This document shows, in pieces, positions 12,662 through 24,682 of a stretch of 64,000 nt of DNA. A program made the position numbers and the translations under genes. Below the pieces are notes generated by a model, which was not told the DNA's origin, did no database searches, and was given only the letters and a program-made list of their open reading frames with translations. Each line of letters opens with the position of its first letter. Within the stretch, counting starts at the first letter, position 1. The DNA comes from Anaeramoeba ignava BMAN (lineage: Eukaryota > Protista > Anaeramoebae), in the NCBI GenBank assembly GCA_028826165.1, contig JAPDFW010000063.1:1364001-1428000 (forward strand), read 5' to 3'.

Positions 12662-14470
12662 ATGAATGAAATTATATTTTTTGGTTTAAATAAAGATCCA
12701 AAACTTATCAAAAATGAACCAGAAATAATAACAAAACCAATTCAATTTAAATTTGAAAATGAAAATGAAAATGAAAATGAAAATGAAAATGAAAATGAAA
12801 AACAAATTAAACAAATTTCATCAAGTTATTTTTCAACAATTTTCCTTTTTAAAAATGGAAAAGCAATAGAATATTTAAATGAAAATGATTCAAATAAAAA
12901 TCCTGAAAAAATCCAAATTAAAGAAAATATTCAAAAAGTAACTGTTAGTGCTCAAAATGAAGCTATTTTAACAACAGAAGGAAATGTATTTGCCAAAGGA
13001 AGAAATATTAATTCAAAAAATCCAAAAGAATTTATCAATATTTCATCATTAATTAAAGATAAAAATGATAGAATAATTCAAGATATTGTTTCTGGAAGAA
13101 GTTCAGTTTACTTATTAACTTCAAATCAAAATGTTTACGGAATCGGTGCTAATTATGATAGCCAACTTGGTTTTTATTATAAAACACTCCCAAAAACAGA
13201 AAAGCTTGTTTTTATGATGGAAAATGTTTCTAAAATATTTTCAGGAAGTTATTCTAATTCGGTTTTTCTTTTAAATTCAAATCAAGGATTGTTTGGATGC
13301 GGAAATAATGAATATGGCCAACTTGGATTAGGAAAATTAAGAAAAAACAAAATAATCCAAAAATTAACCAAAATCCAAAATATTCCAAAAGGTAAAATAA
13401 TTGATATTCAATGTGGAGAATTTCATTCAGTAATGATGATTGAAAAAGAAAATGAAAATGAAAACATAAAAAGAAAACTTTATTCATGTGGTTATTATAA
13501 ATATAATGGACTTGGCAAATATGGAAATGAAAATACTTATGAATTTACTGAAATCAAATCATCTTTATTTGAAGATGATGATAATATTCTTGATTTTTTT
13601 AGTGGGCATGCACATACTTTGATTTTAACATCCAAAGGGAAATTGATAGGATTTGGATTAAATAATTCTAATCAATTAGGAACTGAAGATACAAAAGATC
13701 AATCAATTCCAATTCAAATTGAACTTCCTGAATTAAGATTTAATGAAAATATTTCCAATTATCATGTTTCTTGTGGATATCGAAAATCATTTCTTTACTA
13801 TTCTCTTCCTTCTTTTTCCAATCTTGAAGAAGATTTGATAAAATTATTTAGAAGAAAAGAATTTTGTAATATTTCATTTAAAACCGAAAATGAAGAAATA
13901 ATTGAAGCTCATAAATTAATATTGAAATATAGATTAAATCAAAATCAAAATCAAAATCAAAATCAAATTGAAAAACTTCAAGAAATTATTTCAAAAAAAT
14001 CAATTAAAGAATCAAGTCAAATATTTGAAATGATTTATTCAAACAATTCCAAAATAAATCCAATATTATATTCTGAAATTAAAGAAATTATAAATTCAAA
14101 TGAAAAAATAGAAGAAACAATTAAAAGAATTTATTTAAATGAAAATGAAAAAGATTTTATAATTGAAAGAAAAGAAAAACAATATAAATTTCCTAAATTA
14201 ATATTAATAATGAGAAGTGAATTATATCGAGGAATGTTTTTATCTGTAACTGAAGATAAATCAAATAAAGTTACAGATTATAGTGAATTAAGTAATAAAT
14301 CATTTCAAATATTTGAATATTGGATTTATTCAAATCAAATCAAAGATGGGATTCAAATTACACAAGAAATTATTGATGAAATTCAAATTGGAATTGATTA
14401 TTTTCAATTAAATCAAACAAATCCAAATTTATTTGATTTATTAATTAACAAATTTAATAATCAAAATTAA
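12662..14470 (+). CDS. RCC1-repeat + tandem BTB protein (copy B)
   Basis: G.N..GQLG and I..I.CG..HS RCC1 motifs; BTB 'FCNISF..IEAHKLIL' and second BTB 'KLILIMRSELYRGMF..DYFQL'. Confidence 0.92.
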   Translation: MNEIIFFGLNKDPKLIKNEPEIITKPIQFKFENENENENENENENEKQIKQISSSYFSTIFLFKNGKAIEYLNENDSNKNPEKIQIKENIQKVTVSAQNEAILTTEGNVFAKGRNINSKNPKEFINISSLIKDKNDRIIQDIVSGRSSVYLLTSNQNVYGIGANYDSQLGFYYKTLPKTEKLVFMMENVSKIFSGSYSNSVFLLNSNQGLFGCGNNEYGQLGLGKLRKNKIIQKLTKIQNIPKGKIIDIQCGEFHSVMMIEKENENENIKRKLYSCGYYKYNGLGKYGNENTYEFTEIKSSLFEDDDNILDFFSGHAHTLILTSKGKLIGFGLNNSNQLGTEDTKDQSIPIQIELPELRFNENISNYHVSCGYRKSFLYYSLPSFSNLEEDLIKLFRRKEFCNISFKTENEEIIEAHKLILKYRLNQNQNQNQNQIEKLQEIISKKSIKESSQIFEMIYSNNSKINPILYSEIKEIINSNEKIEETIKRIYLNENEKDFIIERKEKQYKFPKLILIMRSELYRGMFLSVTEDKSNKVTDYSELSNKSFQIFEYWIYSNQIKDGIQITQEIIDEIQIGIDYFQLNQTNPNLFDLLINKFNNQN

Positions 14471-14810
14471 AATTAAAATTAAAATTAAATTTAAAATTAA
14501 AATCTAAAATTAAAATCAAAATCAAAATCAAAATCAAAATCAAAATCAAAATTAAAATCAATATTAAAATTAAAATTAAAATCAAAATCAAAATCAGAAA
14601 GAAAATGAAAAATGTTTAATTTTTTAAAAGAAATAATTAATTAAATTAAAAGAGGAATTGATTATTTTCAATTAAATCAAACAAATCCAAATTTATTTGA
14701 TTTATTAATTAACAAATTTAATAATCAAAATTAAAATTTTTTTCAATTTTTTTTTTTCATTTTTTATCTTTTCCAAAAAAAATAAAAAAAATTAAAAAAT
14801 AAAAAAGAAA

Positions 14811-16577
14811 ATGAATGAAATTATATTTTTTGGTAAAAATGAAAAACCAAAACTTATCAAAAATGAACCAGAAACAATAACAAAACCAATTCAATTTAAA
14901 TTTAAAAATGAAAATGAAAATGAAAAAGAAAAACAAATTAAACAAATTTCATCAAGTTATTATTCAACAATTTTCCTTTTTAAAAATGGAAAAGCAATAG
15001 AATATTTAAATGATTCAAAACAAAATCCTCAAAAAATCCAAATTGAAGAAAATATTCAAAAAGTAACTGTTGGTTATGAAAATGAAGCTATTTTAACAAC
15101 AGAAGGAAATGTAATTGCCAAAGGATATAATATTAATTCAAATAATTCAAATAAATTTATCAATATTTCATCATTAATTGAAGATACAAATGATAGAATA
15201 ATTGAAGATATTATTTCTGGAGCTTATTCAATTTATTTATTAACTTCAAATCAAAATGTTTATGGAATTGGTTCAAATCAAGATGATCAACTTGGATTTG
15301 ATTCTAAAACACTTCCAGAAACACAAAAACCAATTTTAATGATGAAAAATGTTTCTAAAATATTTTCAGGAAATTCTTCAAAATATGTTTTTCTTTTAAA
15401 TTCAAATCAAGAATTATTTGGATTTGGTGATAATAGAAATGGCCAACTTGGATTAGGAGAATCAATAAAAGAAATCAGAATCCCAAAATTAACCAAAATT
15501 CAAAATATTCCAAAAGGTAAAATAATTGATATTCAATGTGGATTGTTTCATTCAATAATGTTGATTGAAAATGAAAACATAAAAAGAAAACTTTATTCAT
15601 GTGGATTTTATAGATTTAATGGACTTGGAATATTTCATAATGCTTATGAATTTACTGAAATCAAATCAACTTTATTTGAAAATGATGATAATATTCTTGA
15701 TTTTTCTGTTGGATATACGCATAATTTGATTTTAACATCCAAAGGGAAATTGATTGGATTTGGAGATAATTATTCTGGTCAATTAGGAATTGGAGATAGT
15801 TATTTTGAATTAAGTCCTATTCAAATTGAACTTCCTAAATTAAGATTTAATGAAGATATTTCTAATTATCATGTTTATTGTGGATATAATAAATCATTTC
15901 TTTATTATTCTCCTCTTTCTTTTTCCAATCTTGAAGAAGATTTGATAAAATTATTTAGAAGAAAAGAATTTTGTGATATTTCATTTAAAACAGAAAATGA
16001 AGAAATAATTGAAGCTCATAAATTAATATTGAAATATAGATTAAATCAAAATCAAAATCAAATTGAAAAACTTGAAGAAATTATTTCAAAAAAATCAATT
16101 AAAGAATCAAATCAAATATTTGAAATGATTTATTCAAATAATTCCAAAATAAATCCAATATTATATTCTGAAATTAAAGAAATTATAAATTCCAATGAAA
16201 AAATTGAAGAAACAATTAAAAGAATTTATTTAAATGAAAATGAAAATGAAAATGAAAAAGATTTTATAATTGAAAGAAAAGAAAAACAATATAAATTTCC
16301 CAAATTAATATTAATAATGAGAAGTGAATTATATCGAGGAATGTTTTTATCTGTAACAGAAGATAAATCTAATAAAGTTACAGATTATAGTGAATTAAGT
16401 AATAAATCATTTCAAATATTTGAATATTGGATTTATTCAAATCAAATCAAAGAAGAAATTGAAATTACACAAGAAATTATTGATGAAATTCAAATTGGAA
16501 TTGATTATTTTCAATTAAATCAAACAAATCCAAATTTATTTGATTTATTAATTAACAAATTTAATAATCAAAATTAA
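14811..16577 (+). CDS. RCC1-repeat + tandem BTB protein (copy C)
   Basis: Intact 588-aa paralog of copy B. Confidence 0.92.
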   Translation: MNEIIFFGKNEKPKLIKNEPETITKPIQFKFKNENENEKEKQIKQISSSYYSTIFLFKNGKAIEYLNDSKQNPQKIQIEENIQKVTVGYENEAILTTEGNVIAKGYNINSNNSNKFINISSLIEDTNDRIIEDIISGAYSIYLLTSNQNVYGIGSNQDDQLGFDSKTLPETQKPILMMKNVSKIFSGNSSKYVFLLNSNQELFGFGDNRNGQLGLGESIKEIRIPKLTKIQNIPKGKIIDIQCGLFHSIMLIENENIKRKLYSCGFYRFNGLGIFHNAYEFTEIKSTLFENDDNILDFSVGYTHNLILTSKGKLIGFGDNYSGQLGIGDSYFELSPIQIELPKLRFNEDISNYHVYCGYNKSFLYYSPLSFSNLEEDLIKLFRRKEFCDISFKTENEEIIEAHKLILKYRLNQNQNQIEKLEEIISKKSIKESNQIFEMIYSNNSKINPILYSEIKEIINSNEKIEETIKRIYLNENENENEKDFIIERKEKQYKFPKLILIMRSELYRGMFLSVTEDKSNKVTDYSELSNKSFQIFEYWIYSNQIKEEIEITQEIIDEIQIGIDYFQLNQTNPNLFDLLINKFNNQN

Positions 16578-16800
16578 AATTATAATTAAAATTAAAATTA
16601 AAATTGTTTAATTTTTTAAAAGAAATTATAATGAAATTAAAAGAGGAATTGATTATTTTCAATTAAATCAAACAAATCCAAATTTATTTGATTTATTAAT
16701 TAACAAATTTAATAATCAAAATTAAAATTTTTTTCATTTTTTTTTTTCATTTTTTATCTTTTCCAAAAAAAATAAAAAAAATTAAAAAATAAAAAAGAAA

Positions 16801-18562
16801 ATGAATGAAATTATATTTTTTGGTAAAAATGAATTTCCAAAACTTATTAAAAATGAAAAAGAAATAATAACAAAACCAATTCAATTTAAATTTAAAAATG
16901 AAAATGAAAAACAAATTAAACAAATTTCATCAAGTTATTATTCAACAATTTTCCTTTTTGAAAATGGAAAAGCAATAGAATATTTAAATGAAAATGATTC
17001 AAAACCAAATCCTAAAAAAATCCAAATTAAAGAAAATATTCAAAAAGTAACTGTTGGTTATGAAAATGAAGCTATTTTAACAACAGAAGGAAATGTAATT
17101 GCCAAAGGATATAATATTAATTCAAATAATTCAAATGAAATTATCAACATTTCATTATTAATTGAAGATCCAAATGATAGAATAATTGAAGATATTATTT
17201 CTGGAGCTTATTCAATTTACTTATTAACTTCAAATCAAAATGTTTATGGAATTGGTTCAAATCAAGATGATCAACTTGGATTTGATTCTGAAACACTTCC
17301 AGAAACACAAAAACCAATTTTAATGATGAAAAATGTTTCTAAAATATTTTCAGGAAATTCTTCAAAATATGTTTTTCTTTTAAATTTAAATCAAGAATTA
17401 TTTGGATTTGGTGATAATAGAAATGGCCAACTTGGATTAGGAGAATCAATAAAAGAAATCAGAATCCCAAAATTAACCAAAATCAAAAATATTCCAAAAG
17501 GCGAAATAATTGATATTCAATGTGGATTTAATCATTCAATAATGTTGATTGAAAATGAAAACATAAAAAGAAAACTTTATTCATGTGGAAATTATAAATA
17601 TAATGGACTTGGCAAAAATAAAGGAAATACTTATGGATTTACTGAAATTAAATCATCTTTATTTGAAGATGATGATAATATTCTTGATTTTTCTGTTGGA
17701 ACTGATCATACCTTGATTTTAACATCCAATTCAAAATTAATTGGATTTGGAAATAATTATTTTGGTGAATTAGGAACTGGAAATAGAAAAAATCAATTAA
17801 TTCCAATTCAAATTGAACTTCCTGAATTAAGATTTAATGAAAATATTTCCAATTATCATATTCTTTGTGGATATTACAAATCCTTTCTTTATTATTCTCC
17901 TCCTTCTTTTTCCAATCTTGAAGAAGATTTGATAAAATTATTTAGAAGAAAAGAATTTTGTAATATTTCATTTAAAACCAAAAATGAAGAAATAATTGAA
18001 GCTCATAAATTAATATTGAAATATAGATTAAATCAAAATCAAGAAAATGAAATTGAAAAACTTCAAGAAATTATTTCAAATAAATCAATTAAAGAATCAA
18101 ATCAAATATTTGAAATGATTTATTCAAATAATTCCAAAATAAATCCAAATATTATATTCTGAAATTAAAGAAATTATAAATTCAAATGAAAAAATTGAAG
18201 AAACAATTAAAAGAATTTATTTAAATGAAAATGAAAATGAAAATGAAAAAGATTTTATAATTGAAAGAAAAGAAAAACAATATAAATTTCCTAAATTAAT
18301 ATTAATAATGAGAAGTGAATTATATCGAGGAATGTTTTTATCTGTAACAGAAGATAAATCTAATAAAGTTACAGATTATAGTGAATTAAGTAATAAATCA
18401 TTTCAAATATTTGAATATTGGATTTATTCAAATCAAATTAAAGATGAAATTCAAATTACACAAGAAATAATTGAAGAATTAAAAACAGGAATTGATTATT
18501 TTCAATTAAATCAAACAAATCCAAATTTATTTGATTTATTAATTAACAAATTTAATAATTAA
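16801..18562 (+). CDS. RCC1-repeat + tandem BTB protein (copy D), +1 frameshift near 18148
   Basis: Paralogous throughout; reads CCAAATATTA where other copies have CCAATATTA or CCAAAATTA; error or recent pseudogene. Confidence 0.8.
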
Positions 18563-18698
18563 AATTAAAATTAAAAATCAGAAAGAAAATGAAAAGTTAA
18601 AAAAAATTTTTGATTATTTTTTCAAAATCCAAATTTATTATTTATTAATTAAAAATTTAAAAATCAAAAATAAAAAAAATTAAAAAATAAAAAAGAAA

Positions 18699-20495
18699 AT
18701 GAATGAAATTATATTTTTTGGTAAAAATGAATTTCCAAAACTTATTAAAAATGAACCATATAAAGTAACAAAACCAATTCAATTTAAATTTGAAAATGAA
18801 AATGAAAATGAAAATGAAAAACAAATTAAACAAATTTCATCAAGTTATTATTCAACAATTTTCCTTTTTGAAAATGGAAAAGCAATAGAATATTTAAAAC
18901 AAAATGATTCAAAACAAAATCCTAAAAAAATCCAAATTGAAGAAAATATTCAAAAAGTAACTGTTGGTTATGAAAATGAAGCTATTTTAACAAAAGAAGG
19001 AAATGTATTTGCCAAAGCAAAAAATATTAATCCAAATAATCCAAATGAATTTATCAATATTTCATCATTAATTAAAGATAAAAATGATAGAATAATTGAA
19101 GATATTATTTCTGGAGCTTATTCAATTTATTTATTAACTTCAAATCAAAATGTTTATGGAATTGGTTCAAATCATTATGGTCAACTTGGATTTGATTCTG
19201 AAACACTTCCAGAAACACAAAAACCAATTTTAATGATGAAAAATGTTTCTAAAATATTTTCAGGAAATTCTTCAAATCATCTTTTTCTTTTAAATTTAAA
19301 TCAAAAATTATTTGGATTTGGTGATAATAGAAATTGTCAACTTGGATTAGGAGAATCAATAAAAGAAACAAAAATCCCAAAATTAACCAAAATCCAAAAT
19401 ATCCCAAAAGGTAAAATAATTGATATTCAATGTGGTTCTTGGCATTCAATAATGTTGATTGAAGATGAAATTGAAAATGAAAATGAAAATATAAAAAGAA
19501 AACTTTATTCATGTGGATTTTATAGATTTAATGGACTTGGAATATTTCATAATGCTTATGGATTTACTGAAATTAAATCATATTTGTTTGAAGATGATGA
19601 TAATATTCTTGATTTTTCTGTTGGAACTGATCATACCTTGATTTTAACTTCTAATTCAAAATTAATTGGTTTTGGAAATAATGCTTATGGTCAATTAGGA
19701 ATTGGTGATGGTTATTTTGAATTAGATCCAATTCAAATTGAACTTCCTGAATTAAGATTTAATGAAGATATTTCTAATTATCATATTTCTTGTGGATATT
19801 ACAAATCATTTCTTTATTATTCTCCTCCTTCTTTTTCCAATCTTGAAGAAGATTTGATAAAATTATTTAGAAGAAAAGAATTTTGTGATATTTCATTTAA
19901 AACAGAAAATGAAGAAATAATCAAAGCTCATAAATTAATATTGAAATATAGATTAAATCAAGATAAAAATGAAATTGAAAAACTTCAAGAAATTATTTCA
20001 AAAAAATCAATTAAAGAATCAAATCAAATATTTGAAATGATTTATTCAAACAATTCCAAAATAAATCCAAAATTATATTCTGAAATTAAAGAAATTATAA
20101 ATTCCAATGAAAAAATTGAAGAAACAATGAAAAGAATTTATTTAAATGAAAATGAAAATGAAAATGAAAATGAAAAAGATTTTATAATTGAAAGAAAAGA
20201 AAAACAATATAAATTTCCAAAATTAATATTAATAATGAGAAGTGAATTATATCGAGGAATGTTTTTATCTGTAACAGAAGATAAATCTAATAAAGTTACA
20301 GATTATAGTGAATTAAGTAATAAATCATTTCAAATATTTGAATATTGGATTTATTCAAATCAAATCAAAGATGGGATTCAAATTACACAAGAAATTATTG
20401 ATGAAATTCAAATTGGAATTGATTATTTTCAATTAAATCAAACAAATCCAAATTTATTTGATTTATTAATAAATAAATTTAATAATCAAAATTAA
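18699..20495 (+). CDS. RCC1-repeat + tandem BTB protein (copy E)
   Basis: Intact 598-aa paralog. Confidence 0.92.
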   Translation: MNEIIFFGKNEFPKLIKNEPYKVTKPIQFKFENENENENEKQIKQISSSYYSTIFLFENGKAIEYLKQNDSKQNPKKIQIEENIQKVTVGYENEAILTKEGNVFAKAKNINPNNPNEFINISSLIKDKNDRIIEDIISGAYSIYLLTSNQNVYGIGSNHYGQLGFDSETLPETQKPILMMKNVSKIFSGNSSNHLFLLNLNQKLFGFGDNRNCQLGLGESIKETKIPKLTKIQNIPKGKIIDIQCGSWHSIMLIEDEIENENENIKRKLYSCGFYRFNGLGIFHNAYGFTEIKSYLFEDDDNILDFSVGTDHTLILTSNSKLIGFGNNAYGQLGIGDGYFELDPIQIELPELRFNEDISNYHISCGYYKSFLYYSPPSFSNLEEDLIKLFRRKEFCDISFKTENEEIIKAHKLILKYRLNQDKNEIEKLQEIISKKSIKESNQIFEMIYSNNSKINPKLYSEIKEIINSNEKIEETMKRIYLNENENENENEKDFIIERKEKQYKFPKLILIMRSELYRGMFLSVTEDKSNKVTDYSELSNKSFQIFEYWIYSNQIKDGIQITQEIIDEIQIGIDYFQLNQTNPNLFDLLINKFNNQN

Positions 20496-20658
20496 AATTA
20501 AAATTAAAATCAAAATCAGAAAGAAAATGAAAAATGTTTAATTTTTTAAAAGAAATAATTAATGAAATTAAAATCAAAATTAAAATCAAAAATTTAAATT
20601 TAAAATTATTAAAATTCAAAAAATCCAAAATTATTTTTTCATTTTTTTCTTTTCAAAA

Positions 20659-22450
20659 ATGAATGATTGTTTATTTTTTGGAAGAAATAAAGAGCCAAAA
20701 CTTATTAAAAATGAACCAGATAAAATAAAAAAACCAATTCAATTTAAATTTGAAAATGAAAATGAAAATGAAAATGAAAATGAAAATGAAAATGAAAAAC
20801 AAATTAAACAAATTTCATCAAGTTATTATTCAACAATTTTCCTTTTTAAAAATGGAAAAGCAATAGAATATTTAAATGATTCAAAACAAAATCCTCAAAA
20901 AATCCAAATTGAAAATATTCAAAAAGTAACTGTTGGTTGGGGAAATGAAGCTATTTTAACAACAGAAGGAAATGTATTTGCAAAAGGAGAAAATATTAAT
21001 TCACAAGATCCAAATGAATTTATCAATATTTCATCATTAATTGAAGATACAAATGATAGAATAATTGAAGATATTATTTCTGGATCTGGTTCAATTTATT
21101 TATTAACTTCAAATCAAAATGTTTATGGAATTGGTTTAAATCAATTTGGTCAACTTGGATTTGATTCTGAAACACTTCCAGAAACACAAAAACCAATTTT
21201 AATGATGAAAAATGTTTCTAAAATATTTTCAGGAAACGATTCAAATTCTGTTTTTCTTTTAAATTCAAACCAAGAATTATTTGTATGCGGATACAATTTT
21301 TATGGCCAACTTGGATTAGGAGAATCAATAAAAGAAACAAAAATCGATAAATTAACCAAAATTCAAAATATTCCAAAAGGTAAAATAATTGATATTCAAT
21401 CCAGTGATTCGATTTCAGTAATGTTGATTGAAGATGAAAATCAAAATGAAAATCCAAAAAGAAAACTTTATTCAAATGGCTATTATGGATATAGTGGAAT
21501 AAAAAGTAGTCACTATATAAGAGAATTTACTGAAATCAAATCATCTTTATTTGAAAGATGATGATAATATTCTTGATTTTTCTGTTGGAAGAAATCATAC
21601 TTTGATTTTAACATCCAATTCAAAATTAATTGGTTTTGGAGATTATGATTTTGGTCAATTAGGAACTGTAATCACAGAAATTCAAAGAATTCCAATTCAA
21701 ATTGAACTTCCTGAATTAAGATTTAATGAATATATTTCCAATTATCATATTTCTTGTGGAACTTTCAATTCATTTCTTTATTATTCTCCTTCTTTATCCA
21801 ATCTTGAAGAAGATTTGATAAAATTATTTGAAAGAAAAGAATTTTGTGATATTTCATTTAAAATAGAAAATGGTTCAATAATTGAAGCTCATGAATTAAT
21901 ATTGAAATATAGATTAAATCAAAATCAAAATGAAATTGAAAAACTTCAAGAAATTATTTCAAAAAAATCAATTAAAGAATCAAATCAAATATTTGAAATG
22001 ATTTATTCAAATAATTCCAAAATAAATCCAATATTATATTGTGAAATTAAAGAAATTATAAATTCAAATGAAAAAATTGAAGAAACAATGAAAAGAATTT
22101 ATTTAAATGAAAATGAAAATGAAAATGAAAAAGATTTTATAATTGAAAGAAAAGAAAAAAAATATAAATTTCCTAAATTAATATTAATAATGAGAAGTGA
22201 ATTATATCGAGGAATGTTTTTATCTGTAACAAATGATAAATCTAATAAAGTTACAGATTATAGTGAATTAAGTAATAAATCATTTCAAATATTTGAATAT
22301 TGGATTTATTCAAATCAAATTAAAGATGAAATTCAAATTACACAAGAAATAATTAATGAAATTAAAATTGGAATTGATTATTTTCAATTAAATCAAACAT
22401 ATCCAAATTTATTCGATTTATTAATTAATAAATTTAATAATCAAAATTAA
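20659..22450 (+). CDS. RCC1-repeat + tandem BTB protein (copy F), +1 frameshift near 21555
   Basis: TTTGAAAGAT versus TTTGAAGAT in paralogs; the two ORFs join into one paralog. Confidence 0.8.
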
Positions 22451-22668
22451 AATCAAAATCAAAATCAAAATCAAAATTAAAATTAAAATTAAAATCAAAA
22501 TCAGAAAGAAAATGAAAATGAAAAATGTTTAATTTTTTAAAAGAAATAATTAATTAAGTTAAAATTAAAAATTAAATCAAAATCAAAATTAAAATTAAAA
22601 TCAAAATTAATATTAAAATTAAAATTCAAAAAATCCAAAATTATTTTTTCATTTTTTTCTTTTCAAAA

Positions 22669-24552
22669 ATGAATGATTGTTTATTTTTTGGTATAAATGA
22701 ATTTCCAAAACTTATTAAAAATGAACCAGATAAAATAAAAAAACCAATTCAATTTAAATTTGAAAATGAAAATGAAAATGAAAATGAAAATGAAAAACAA
22801 ATTAAACAAATTTCATTAAGTTATTATTCAACAATTTTCCTTTTTAAAAATGGAAAAGCAATAGAATTTTTTACAGATCAAGAATATTCAAATCAAAATC
22901 CTAAAGAAATCCAAATTAAAGAAAATATTCAAAAAGTAACTGTTAGTGTTCAAAATGAAGCTATTTTAACAAAAGAAGGAAATGTATTTGCCAAAGGAAG
23001 AGATATTAATTCAAATAATTCAAATCAATTTATCAATATTTCATCATTAATTGAAGATATAAATGATAGAGTAATCGAAGATATTGTTTCTGGAGATAAT
23101 TCAATTTACTTATTAACTTCAAATCAAAATGTTTATGAAATTGGTTCAAATCAATATGGTCAACTTGGATTTGATTCTGAAACACTTGAAAAAACAGAAA
23201 AACCAATTTTAATGATGAAAAATGTTTCTAAAATATTTTCAGGAAATTTTTCAAATCATGTTTTTCTTTTAAATTCAAATCAAGAATTATTTGGATGTGG
23301 TGATAATAGAAATGGCCAACTTGGATTAGGAGAATCAATAAAAGAAACAAAAATCTATAAATTAACCAAAATCCAAAATATTCCAAAAGGTAAAATAATT
23401 GATATTCAATGTGCTTCTTGGCATTCAATAATGTTGATTGAAGATGAAAATGAAAATGAAAATCTAAAAAGAAAGCTTTATTCATGTGGATTTTATAGAT
23501 TTAATGGACTTGGAATATTTCATAATGCTTATGAATTTACTGAAATCAAATCATCTTTATTTGAAGATGATGATAATATTCTTGATTTTTCTGTTGGAAG
23601 AAATCATAATTTGATTTTAACTTCAAATTCAAAATTAATTGGATTTGGAGATAATGCTTATGGTGAATTAGGAATTGAAGATGGTTATTTTGAATTAAGT
23701 CCTATTCAAATTGAACTTCCTAAATTAAGATTTAATGAAAATATTTCTAATTATCATATTTCTTGTGGATTTCGAAAATCCTTTCTTTATTATTCTCCTT
23801 CTTCTTTTTCCAATCTTGAAGAAGATTTGATAAAACTATTTAGAAGAAAAGAATTTTGTGATATTTCATTTAAAACCGAAAATGGAGAAATAATTGAAGC
23901 TCATAAATTAATATTGAAATATAGATTAAATCAAAATGAAAATCAAATTGAAAAACTTCAAGAAATTATTTCAAAAAAATCAATTAAAGAATCAAATCAA
24001 ATATTTGAAATGATTTATTCAAATAATTCCAAAATAAATCTAAAATTATATTCTGAAATTAAAGAAATTATAAATTCCAATGAAAAAATTGAAGAAACAA
24101 TTAAAAGAATTTATTTAAATGAAAATGAAAATGAAAATGAAAAAGATTTTATAATTGAAAGAGAAGAAAAACAATATAAATTTCCAAAATTAATATTAAT
24201 AATGAGAAGTGAATTATATCGAGGAATGTTTTTATCTGTAACTGAAGATAAATCTAATAAAGTTACAGATTATAGTGAATTAAGTAATAAATCATTTCAA
24301 ATATTTGAATATTGGATTTATTCAAATCAAATTAAAGATGAAATTCAAATTACAAAAGATATAATTAATGAAATTCAAATTGGAATTGATTATTTTCAAT
24401 TAAATCAAACAAATCCAAATTTATTTGATTTATTAATAAATAAATTTAATAATCAAAATTCAAAATTAAAATTAAAATTAAAATTAAAATTGTTTAATTT
24501 TTTAAAAGAAATTATAATGAAATTAAAAGAGGAATTGATTATTTTCAATTAA
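22669..24552 (+). CDS. RCC1-repeat + tandem BTB protein (copy G), stop displaced by a 1-nt insertion near 24460
   Basis: 627-aa ORF, paralogous up to NKFNNQN, then reads on into the spacer. Confidence 0.9.
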   Translation: MNDCLFFGINEFPKLIKNEPDKIKKPIQFKFENENENENENEKQIKQISLSYYSTIFLFKNGKAIEFFTDQEYSNQNPKEIQIKENIQKVTVSVQNEAILTKEGNVFAKGRDINSNNSNQFINISSLIEDINDRVIEDIVSGDNSIYLLTSNQNVYEIGSNQYGQLGFDSETLEKTEKPILMMKNVSKIFSGNFSNHVFLLNSNQELFGCGDNRNGQLGLGESIKETKIYKLTKIQNIPKGKIIDIQCASWHSIMLIEDENENENLKRKLYSCGFYRFNGLGIFHNAYEFTEIKSSLFEDDDNILDFSVGRNHNLILTSNSKLIGFGDNAYGELGIEDGYFELSPIQIELPKLRFNENISNYHISCGFRKSFLYYSPSSFSNLEEDLIKLFRRKEFCDISFKTENGEIIEAHKLILKYRLNQNENQIEKLQEIISKKSIKESNQIFEMIYSNNSKINLKLYSEIKEIINSNEKIEETIKRIYLNENENENEKDFIIEREEKQYKFPKLILIMRSELYRGMFLSVTEDKSNKVTDYSELSNKSFQIFEYWIYSNQIKDEIQITKDIINEIQIGIDYFQLNQTNPNLFDLLINKFNNQNSKLKLKLKLKLFNFLKEIIMKLKEELIIFN

Positions 24553-24682
24553 ATCAAACAAATCCAAATTTATTTGATTTATTAATTAACAAATTTAATA
24601 ATCAAAATTAAAATTTTTTTTCATTTTTTTTTCATTTTTTATCTTTTTCAAAAAAAATAAAAATTAAAAAATAAAAAAGAAA

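Noticed and set aside
16575-16620. TAA reassigned to Gln (alternative genetic code)
   Set aside because: TAA follows the CC and CaaX termini and never interrupts conserved domains, so it is a stop
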